From: a virus
Lineage: Duplodnaviria; Caudoviricetes
Reading direction: 5' to 3' (one strand)
Length of the DNA: 64,000 nt
IMG/VR virus record: IMGVR_UViG_3300005662_000039
Span: 4,188 to 68,187 of that record
Position numbers and translations under genes: made by a program. This document shows, in pieces, positions 57,222 through 64,000 of this stretch. The notes beneath the pieces are model-generated. The model was not told the DNA's origin, ran no database searches, and saw nothing but the letters and a program-made list of their open reading frames with translations. Every line of letters starts with the position of its first letter. The first letter of the stretch is position 1.

Positions 57222-58324
57222 AGAGTATTTTGCTATTTTGTAAATCGCCACACGTTGCTGGTACTATCGGAGAAATCTGTAGAGATGTGGCGCGGGGCAT
57301 AATCGATGCTGGAATGAATGTTGTATTCGTGTCTACATGTGAGCCTGTATCTTATGTAGAGAGCGTTGACGGAATGGGCTACCCCATCACGATAGGAGAC
57401 AGGAGCATTTCATGCTTTTGCGGGTCAGAAAATGTAATAGTGGGTCTGTATGAAACTATCACATCAAATAAATTTGATTACATCATGTCTATTGGAGAAA
57501 GAGCAGAAATGGAAATGGTTTCTGCTGCGCTTCAGGTGGTGGGGGACGGAATAGAGCATTTTCATATATGGACTGGTTCTTCAGAGCCATCATTTGCCAT
57601 TTCTGAATCTCTTAGTAGAATTAGCAAGTTAGTATGCTTTGGTAGTTCGGCCAGTAAAAACTTCTCGTCTATATTTAGTAATACTATTGGCATTGAAGTG
57701 CGTAGTGATGTTGGTGTTCCTATAAATGCTGATGTTAGGGATGAAGGTATAATCTGCGGAGGGCCATGTAATGACATATCAAACCTAATTTCTGTTGTAG
57801 AAGGATTGTCTGGAGTAGAAAAAAATATTCATATATTCTCTAATATATATGAGCCGTCAGATTATGATTTGAAGTCTTTTTGTGCTTACTTTGGTATTGA
57901 TGCAGACTTCGGAGAAGAGCCTTATGGCACATTTTATGGACTCGATAATGTAAATTTGTCAAAATTAGCATCAAGACATAAGTTTGTCGTAGATCTTTCT
58001 CTTAGACAATCTTGTTGTTATGCCGTAGATTGCTGCATTCAAAATGGAAGCATCCCAATTCTATCTAGAACTCCAAGGCACATTGATTTTCTTTCAAGTC
58101 GAGGCCTTGATGAGAATATGATCAATTTGATAACTGTTTCTACCTGTAAATTTAGACCATCTGGAGGGGATTGTATATGGATATCAAATTTTACAGAATT
58201 AAAAGAAAAAATAATATTATTGCAGGATGATGATATTGCTTTTAGTATCAAGAATAGGCTCATTAGCGATACAAAACAGTTACCGTTAATGAGAGAAAAA
58301 ATTCATGAATTTTTCTTAAAATAA
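57218..58324 (+). CDS. divergent GT-B glycosyltransferase-like protein
   Basis: MKSILLF...G.I.RDVARG..DAG.NVVF; LSKL...HKFVVDLS...AVDCCIQNGSIPILS. Confidence 0.5.
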   Translation: MKSILLFCKSPHVAGTIGEICRDVARGIIDAGMNVVFVSTCEPVSYVESVDGMGYPITIGDRSISCFCGSENVIVGLYETITSNKFDYIMSIGERAEMEMVSAALQVVGDGIEHFHIWTGSSEPSFAISESLSRISKLVCFGSSASKNFSSIFSNTIGIEVRSDVGVPINADVRDEGIICGGPCNDISNLISVVEGLSGVEKNIHIFSNIYEPSDYDLKSFCAYFGIDADFGEEPYGTFYGLDNVNLSKLASRHKFVVDLSLRQSCCYAVDCCIQNGSIPILSRTPRHIDFLSSRGLDENMINLITVSTCKFRPSGGDCIWISNFTELKEKIILLQDDDIAFSIKNRLISDTKQLPLMREKIHEFFLK

Positions 58325-58379
58325 GAAGGATTTATGATAAAGCAAGTTAAAGTATTTAACAACATCGGAGACAAAACTC

Positions 58380-58772
58380 ATGGCAGTAATCAACTCAGAC
58401 AAGTACAAGCAAATTAGCGACAACATAGCGACAGCAAAAGCCCAGCTAAAACTGGCGGTGACTGAAATGTATTCAGCGGTTTACACAATCGCACTCTTGG
58501 ACGATGTGACCCAGAGCGTGGATCTTCTTCAGCCTCTCTTTACTGTTTACCAGCTTACCGACAACGCATTCTCCCGCACCTCGCTTTTCGATGGTGCTGT
58601 TCTTGCGTTGAACAATCACGTTCTTCGTCGTGGAGGATACACCACTCTGGACTCATACCTGGCGCAGAGTGCTGGTACTGGTGACGACATTATTCTTCTC
58701 CCAGAGTTCTGGGATCTGTGCAACAAACTTGGTTATAATGTAAGCGCTACTTACAAGTACCTGGTAGACTGA
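58380..58772 (+). CDS. small, probably abundant virion protein
   Basis: 130 aa; MCP/tube-like codon bias; GGAG RBS. Confidence 0.65.
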   Translation: MAVINSDKYKQISDNIATAKAQLKLAVTEMYSAVYTIALLDDVTQSVDLLQPLFTVYQLTDNAFSRTSLFDGAVLALNNHVLRRGGYTTLDSYLAQSAGTGDDIILLPEFWDLCNKLGYNVSATYKYLVD

Positions 58773-58822
58773 TATATTAAAATAAAGAACTTTTTGGGCT
58801 TGCGCCCGATAGGGGTAAATAA

Positions 58823-59872
58823 ATGGCTGAGAATACCGGCAGTTCAATTCAAAATCCAGACCTGACGACATCGAACTCATTCCCGATTCGTTCAGGTTAT
58901 CAGGGTGCAGTAGTGTATGAGACCTCCGAAGGTGATTACCTTATCCGCACCACATCCTGCACCATGGTTGGTCAGCAGGAAATTACGGCAGTAGACGACA
59001 TCGATGGATCTATCGATAAGACCAGGTACTACCTGCAGCCATTCCGTGCTACAGGAGCAGTGGACTTCCACGTTGACCAGTCTAACTCTGTTGACACCAT
59101 TGACCTTTTTAACGTCATGTTCCGTGACGCAGTCAAGCGACAGGCTGACGGTCGTCTATGGACTCGTGGTAAGAACCACTCTCTGCTTGTTAGATACTAT
59201 CCTGGTCTTGTGTATCGCTTCATCGATGTCGCGATTAACAAGATGACCATTAGTCTCGACACTAGAACTCCACTTAAGATATCCGTCGACATGATGGCTC
59301 GTGGTCGTTCTCGCCCAGACGATACCGATACCGATCTTGGTACCGTTGGTTATGCTGCTCCTGTTCGCGTAATTACCTTCAACGATGTTTCTATCGCAGT
59401 TGAAAGTGACACCAGCGAATTGGCTACAAATACTCGTGAAATCACTAAGCTGAATGCCGTCGAAGGATTTAGCATAGTAATTGACAACCAGTTGGAAGAA
59501 GTGTTTACCGTGAGCGGTGACCTTACTCCATATGACCTTGTGGCTAAGAAGAGGAACATCACTGGATCTATTAACTTCTACGGTAGGTCAGATGAATTGG
59601 CTGACTTCGCGGAAGCCCACGAGCTCTATCCCAGATCTTCTGTTACTCTGGCATTCAATGTTAGAATCGGAAACTCCGTAGTTACCTTGTTCCGTCTGAC
59701 TGGTGTTATTTTCAAGCTGGATAACCTCCAGATTACAAATAACGTGCTCAAGAGTACCATGAACTTCATCGCTCTTGGTAATCAGAACTTCGGATATGAA
59801 GGTATCTCAGGTCTTGGTGCTAACTCTGATGAAGGCTTCAACCAGGCTGATGGTCACCCTTATCCATTCTGA
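58823..59872 (+). CDS. major tail tube protein
   Basis: Beta-rich; ...FSIVIDNQLEE...KRNITGSINFY...LAFNV...FRLTGV.F; strong codon bias; directly upstream of chaperones and tape measure. Confidence 0.75.
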   Translation: MAENTGSSIQNPDLTTSNSFPIRSGYQGAVVYETSEGDYLIRTTSCTMVGQQEITAVDDIDGSIDKTRYYLQPFRATGAVDFHVDQSNSVDTIDLFNVMFRDAVKRQADGRLWTRGKNHSLLVRYYPGLVYRFIDVAINKMTISLDTRTPLKISVDMMARGRSRPDDTDTDLGTVGYAAPVRVITFNDVSIAVESDTSELATNTREITKLNAVEGFSIVIDNQLEEVFTVSGDLTPYDLVAKKRNITGSINFYGRSDELADFAEAHELYPRSSVTLAFNVRIGNSVVTLFRLTGVIFKLDNLQITNNVLKSTMNFIALGNQNFGYEGISGLGANSDEGFNQADGHPYPF

Positions 59873-59886
59873 AATTTAATATCATA

Positions 59887-59935
59887 TGATCAAGGCTGGT
59901 TCATGTCGAAAAAAAGGCATGAACCAGCCTTATCA
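59887..59935 (+). promoter_or_regulatory. strong hairpin overlapping the chaperone start
   Basis: 14-bp perfect core AAGGCTGGTTCATG / CATGAACCAGCCTT, extendable; no U-tract. Confidence 0.6.
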
Positions 59936-60365
59936 TTTGTCAGAAACCTCTGGTCTTAAAGTATATTATCTTTTTGACAGATATCCACTAGATGTTGGAA
60001 GTAGAATGCTAGCCGCATCAAAAAGATGCCCAGAAAATGTGAACATGTCAGATGTTGTTTCCATTCATTGGTCAGTTCCAAGATGGAAGCAAAGATTAGC
60101 CATGTCTGAAGAATGTAAAATATACGATCCAGTTAAAATGGAATATTCAATAGACAGCATGGCATGGAGGGATAAATGGCTGAAGCATTCCATGGTGAGC
60201 TGGGATTTACGTGATCGTGATGGTAATAGTATATCTTTGACGCATGAAAATATAGACGAATTGCCAGCTGATTTCATAGATCAGGCAATATCGGGATACG
60301 AATCAGTATCAGAAGAGGATGATAGATCTGTGGGAAAAGCGTGGAGGCGCTCCGCAATTTCCTAA
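59919..60365 (+). CDS. tail assembly chaperone (gpG-like)
   Basis: W..P.W....., SWDLRDRDG...LT.ENIDELP; start ATG 59919 or 59886. Confidence 0.7.
   Translation: MNQPYHLSETSGLKVYYLFDRYPLDVGSRMLAASKRCPENVNMSDVVSIHWSVPRWKQRLAMSEECKIYDPVKMEYSIDSMAWRDKWLKHSMVSWDLRDRDGNSISLTHENIDELPADFIDQAISGYESVSEEDDRSVGKAWRRSAIS
60332..60338 (+). promoter_or_regulatory. -1 programmed frameshift site G GGA AAA
   Basis: X XXY YYZ heptamer in the correct phase near the end of the chaperone; the -1 frame is ORF 60341..60571. Confidence 0.85.
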
Positions 60366-60571
60366 CTGGGAAAGGTGTTGCGGAAGTGCCTCCATTATTG
60401 ATGGAATATATGATAGCTAGACATTTTGGTTGGAATTTAGAAATAATAAGAGAAATGTCAGATGAAGATTTCGAAAACTTTGCTAGACTAGCAATTTTGG
60501 GCGAAAGTTATAAAAACGCCGATATAATAAATGTTGTAGGCATGACATTCGCTGGAAAGAAAATATTTTAG
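60332..60571 (+). CDS. gpT-like frameshift extension of the tail chaperone
   Basis: GKSVEALRNF...EYMIARHFGWNLEIIREMSDEDF pattern typical of gpT extensions. Confidence 0.75.
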   Translation, partial: GKSVEALRNFLTGKGVAEVPPLLMEYMIARHFGWNLEIIREMSDEDFENFARLAILGESYKNADIINVVGMTFAGKKIF

Positions 60572-60579
60572 GAGAAAAA

Positions 60580-60966
60580 ATGAATATATTTGTAAATGAT
60601 GCAGATCTTATGAATCTTGACTTTTTTGCTGGAGAAAAAGAGGGCAAAATGGTTTTTATGCTTGAGGAGGAAAAGATTAAGGAAGCCTTGGGTGTGAATC
60701 CTTACGAGAAGCATACTATATGGATACGCAAGCCAACTTACGGTAGCAATCGTAAGGCATCAGAAGCCTCCATTATGAGAGATGGCGATTCCGTTCGCTT
60801 TGATCCTATTAAGTATAGGTTCGAAAGAGTGTTCGGTTGTATTAAGAAGTGGACATTAAAAGATGCATCAGGTAATGTCGCGCCGATTACTCAAAGTATG
60901 TTTGATCTTCTTCCTGAAACAGTTGGCGCAATGATTGTCGAACTTATAGAGGCAAAAATAAACTAA
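60580..60966 (+). CDS. second tail assembly chaperone paralogue
   Basis: IKKWTLKDASGNVAPITQSMFDLLP aligns with MVSWDLRDRDGNSISLTHENIDELP; AGGAG RBS. Confidence 0.7.
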   Translation: MNIFVNDADLMNLDFFAGEKEGKMVFMLEEEKIKEALGVNPYEKHTIWIRKPTYGSNRKASEASIMRDGDSVRFDPIKYRFERVFGCIKKWTLKDASGNVAPITQSMFDLLPETVGAMIVELIEAKIN

Positions 60967-60991
60967 TTTAGTAAATAATGATGCCAAAGAG

Positions 60992-61020
60992 GATCCGCCC
61001 CTTTGGGTGGATCTTTTTTT
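60992..61020 (+). terminator. intrinsic terminator before tape measure
   Basis: GATCCGCCC-cttt-GGGTGGATC-TTTTTTT. Confidence 0.8.
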
Positions 61021-61032
61021 TAGGAGTCCAAT

Positions 61033-64000
61033 ATGGCAGATACTAGCGTTCTAGGAGCGATTGATAGCCTACTTAAGGGAACTGGTGGGATTGGAATAAG
61101 TTTAACTCAGATTGCGAATCAACTGAGCGTTACAAACGCTGCCTTGTACGATACTTCCATTCGAATGAAGTCTTTGGGGGTTGATTTTGAAACGGTTAAA
61201 GAAAGAGCAATACTCCTAAGTGATAGATTTAACATGTCTACGGAAGACATGGCTAAGCTGCAGAAAACAGCTGCATATGGCTTCGCATCTGTGGATGATT
61301 CGATAGAAAGACTAAATAATATGCTTTCTGTCAGCGAGCGTCTTTTTGGAAATAATGAAAAAGCAGCAGACAGTTTTATAAATTCTCTTGCATCGCTTTC
61401 TGAGTCTTCACGCAATTACAGAGATATAATGATTGAGGCTGTGGAGGAGGAAGGAAAGCTCATATCCAAAAAGGTTGAAGAAGGAGAACGTGAAGACAGT
61501 TTAAGAGAGATTAGAGGGCTTACAAAGGATATTTTGGATCTCGAATTACTGAGAGGAGTCATTAGTAAAGAACAATATGTTACTAACTTGGCAATAATAT
61601 CTGGTAGCACTCTTCAGGAAAGCGCTATATCTCAATATAATAGCAAGCTCAAAGAGGGCGAGCGTGTTTTAAACTCTCAGAGGCAGATAATTGCAGAGAT
61701 GGCTGGAACTAAGGTTTCTATAAACTTGGCTGAAATTTTAACTCTCGATTCTCAAGTAGTCGGAAAACTCATAGGAGGATTGAGAGATGCGATTAAGAGC
61801 GGTCTTGGAAATGGTAAGACTTTAGATGAATTGTTGTCTACAGATAACAAAGAAGCATTTGATAAGTTTGCCGCAAATATGCGCACTGCCGTGGGTTCGG
61901 TATCATTCTCGGATGAGCAACAACAGCAGATTATAGCCCGTTTTGACATGGGACGCGGTCAATCTCCAGAAGAGATAGCCCAAGCATTCAGCGAACAAAA
62001 TATCGAAGGTCAGATACAATCCCAGGTTGATGCCGCCATAAGTACATTGCAAAAAGAAGGCATGTCGCAGGCGGACTCGGAATCTTTGCGCCCATATTTG
62101 GAGGAAAAATTTTCTTCAGCTGAGAATAAGATTGCTCTTGAAAGAGCAAACCTGGTTGTGATTACAGGCATATTGAAATCTGAAAGAGAACGCGTAGAAA
62201 CCCAAGAAAATCTCAATAGACTTACGCAGATATACGCAAGTAATTTGTCGGATGTTGAAAAAGAAAAGGCTAAAGACAAGCTTATTTCTGAGGAAATAAC
62301 CAAGTCAGTAATGACTACATCGGATATGGTCAAGCAGATGAAGACTCAGTATGAAAGTCTTTATCAAGTGGCCTTGCAATTATCGAGAGCTGCTCAGAAC
62401 TATTCTGTATTTGTAGCAGCTGGAACCAGATCTCTTGAGGAGAATGTTGCGCTTTCCAAGCAAGCATCTCAGGAGCAAATTGCAGCTGCTCAAGCAAGAA
62501 TCGATGCCGCAAAAATGATGCAATCGATACAAGATATGAAGGAAGTTGAGGTGGGAGGGAAAGATTCCTCTGATTTCTTCCAAAGAAAACAGCAGGTCAC
62601 CGAACAACTCCAAGGAGTGGCTGGAGCCCTAGAGCAAGCAGCATCATTGAGTTCTGGAAAAGACAAGGAAAGAATAGACGAGCAACTCAAGTATATCCGT
62701 CAGGCAATGGAAGCCGTGTCGAAGTCAGATGCGGATCTTTTTAACGGTGCAATACTTTCTATAAAACAAGGTGCTGCAGCAAGCATTAGCGATATAGCCC
62801 AAGCGTCTGCTGATATGTATTCGGCTATGGTTGCGCAGATGGACCAGGCTATTTCTCCGTTGGCTCAAAGACAGGCTAATCTAAGATCTCAACTTGAACT
62901 TTCTAAGGCGGACATAAGACTGCTAGACAGCGTTGCTGCTGGCATGGGTGCCTCTATGGAGGCCAGGCTTGCTACAGCTCAAGAAGTTGGAGAACTTATC
63001 AGAAATCAAGATCAGCAAATTGCTGTTTTGATTGCCAACATGAATGAGCAGCAGTCCATAGCCAATGACATGAGTGTTTCGGAAGAGCAGAGAAAAGCAG
63101 CCCAAGCTGCTCTCTTTGAGGCAGAAACTAGGTTAAATAATGCTCAGCGCGAACGCAAGAATCTCATGATGGAACAGCTTGAGATGACCAGGCAGCTGCG
63201 CGAGGGTTATATAGACACAATAGATGCCATGGATGTTGGCGCTGGTGTCTTCTCAGAAATAGTAATAACGGAGCAGAAAAATCTTGGATCCCTAATACGA
63301 ACAGTTGAAGAAGCCCCAAGATTATTGAGATCGGGTGCCAATCAGGGCGGATTGACTGAATCTACTAAATTTGGTCCCATGGGTCTTGTCGGCGGCGGAG
63401 CGCCTTCAGGCGATTACTCGCCCATGGTGATGAAAACCATAGAGGAACTACAGCGTCAGCAAGTAGAATTGACATCAACTATAGAAAAAATGGTTAGTGG
63501 CAATGCCATGTATGGTGGGCAGTTTGCTTCATTGGGAATGCTGGGAGATGTCGGAAAGGTCTATGAGGGACAGTATGGTATCGAACCTGGTAGTAGTTCT
63601 GGTACTTTAGCAACTCCCCAGGGCGTAAATACGCAAATTAATTCATATGGAGTAGCTGCTCCTGCGACTGGTGCTCCTGCGACTGGTGCGACTGGTGCTC
63701 CTGCGACTGGTGCTCCTGCGACTGGTGCTCCTGCGACTGGTGCGACTGGTGCTCCTGCGACTGGTGCGACTGGTGCTCCTGCGACTGGTGCGACTGGTGC
63801 GACTGGTGCTGGTGCTGGTGCTGGTGCTGGTGCTGGTGCTGGTGCTGGTGCTGGTGCTGGTGCTGGTGCTGGTGCTGGTGCTGGTGCTGTTGCTGGTGCT
63901 GGTGCTGGTGCTGGTGCTGGTGCGGCATTCGCGGTAGAACTACCAGATGGTTTCACATCTTTACATATTGCTTTATGTCTGTATATGCTTGTGCGGCATT
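61033..64000 (+). CDS. tape measure protein (3'-truncated; absent from the ORF track, consistent with no stop in the window)
   Basis: AGGAG RBS, ATG 61033 ([16 protein letters not shown]...); helical A/E/Q/K/L-rich; the start and the final ~400 nt read in the same open frame; follows the tail chaperones. Confidence 0.8.
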   Translation, partial: MADTSVLGAIDSLLKGTGGIGISLTQIANQLSVTNAALYDTSIRMKSLGVDFETVKERAILLSDRFNMSTEDMAKLQKTAAYGFASVDDSIERLNNMLSVSERLFGNNEKAADSFINSLASLSESSRNYRDIMIEAVEEEGKLISKKVEEGEREDSLREIRGLTKDILDLELLRGVISKEQYVTNLAIISGSTLQESAISQYNSKLKEGERVLNSQRQIIAEMAGTKVSINLAEILTLDSQVVGKLIGGLRDAIKSGLGNGKTLDELLSTDNKEAFDKFAANMRTAVGSVSFSDEQQQQIIARFDMGRGQSPEEIAQAFSEQNIEGQIQSQVDAAISTLQKEGMSQADSESLRPYLEEKFSSAENKIALERANLVVITGILKSERERVETQENLNRLTQIYASNLSDVEKEKAKDKLISEEITKSVMTTSDMVKQMKTQYESLYQVALQLSRAAQNYSVFVAAGTRSLEENVALSKQASQEQIAAAQARIDAAKMMQSIQDMKEVEVGGKDSSDFFQRKQQVTEQLQGVAGALEQAASLSSGKDKERIDEQLKYIRQAMEAVSKSDADLFNGAILSIKQGAAASISDIAQASADMYSAMVAQMDQAISPLAQRQANLRSQLELSKADIRLLDSVAAGMGASMEARLATAQEVGELIRNQDQQIAVLIANMNEQQSIANDMSVSEEQRKAAQAALFEAETRLNNAQRERKNLMMEQLEMTRQLREGYIDTIDAMDVGAGVFSEIVITEQKNLGSLIRTVEEAPRLLRSGANQGGLTESTKFGPMGLVGGGAPSGDYSPMVMKTIEELQRQQVELTSTIEKMVSGNAMYGGQFASLGMLGDVGKVYEGQYGIEPGSSSGTLATPQGVNTQINSYGVAAPATGAPATGATGAPATGAPATGAPATGATGAPATGATGAPATGATGATGAGAGAGAGAGAGAGAGAGAGAGAGAGAVAGAGAGAGAGAAFAVELPDGFTSLHIALCLYMLVRH
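63658..63924 (+). repeat. in-frame tandem repeat (15-nt APATG, 9-nt ATG and 6-nt GA units)
   Basis: gctcctgcgactggt / gcgactggt array followed by (ggtgct)n. Confidence 0.95.

Noticed and set aside
3150-58360. Phage-specific promoter motif (AAAGG...CGA(T/A)A / TATAA) upstream of several genes, e.g. 3160, 12392, 25105, 33051, 50042, 58326
   Set aside because: Spacing is inconsistent by eye and the intergenic DNA is very AT-rich. It would need MEME on genome-wide upstream regions.
58330-58822. Tail sheath gene
   Set aside because: Only a 130-aa ORF precedes the tube. A sheath could lie outside the window, so morphology is not settled.
63561-63956. ORF-track proteins with APAPAP, HQHQHQ and LVLVLV repeats
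   Set aside because: They are antisense or alternative-frame shadows of the tandem repeat inside the tape measure gene.
1-64000. Alternative genetic code (stop-codon recoding)
   Set aside because: Genes are long and intact in the standard code, and TAA, TGA and TAG all act as stops at well-coupled junctions.
1-64000. CRISPR array, tRNA genes, integrase or transposase
   Set aside because: No regularly spaced repeats with unique spacers, no tRNA-like structures and no recombinase/transposase motifs were seen.
1-64000. Host assignment
   Set aside because: No host-diagnostic genes, tRNAs or spacers in this window.

Overview
This 64-kb window is the virion-morphogenesis region of a large tailed dsDNA phage (standard code, dense coding, mostly + strand). 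In order: accessory and Gly/Ala-rich genes (1-8.2 kb, mostly - strand); an orphan ABC-type ATPase followed by a ~470-nt hairpin-dense non-coding element; a cluster of Mtd_N-type fibre/appendage genes (10-22.7 kb); large terminase; about 13 uncharacterised head-region genes; a portal fused to a DUF559/Vsr-like nuclease; an 1835-aa prohead protease/scaffold; a decoration protein and HK97-type major capsid protein; a free-standing endonuclease; glycosyltransferases and an S8 protease; neck proteins; PhoH; an actin-like ATPase; tail completion, tail tube, and tail chaperones with a -1 frameshift; and a tape-measure gene running off the window end. No sheath gene is seen, so the tail may be non-contractile. 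The strongest unexplained signal is a K-x-A-[Q/S] motif. It occurs 18 times in the protease/scaffold by manual count and ends short N-terminal leaders in many otherwise unrelated proteins, suggesting a protease-processing / head-targeting code for a large internal-protein cargo. Other highlights: a start-less zinc-ribbon ORF reachable only by slippage at an A9 run, the structured non-coding element, the portal-nuclease fusion, the actin homologue, a DUF192-WYL fusion, and a recurrent ~50-aa module that may tether a glycosyltransferase to the virion. All family assignments come from motifs recognised by eye; no searches were run.
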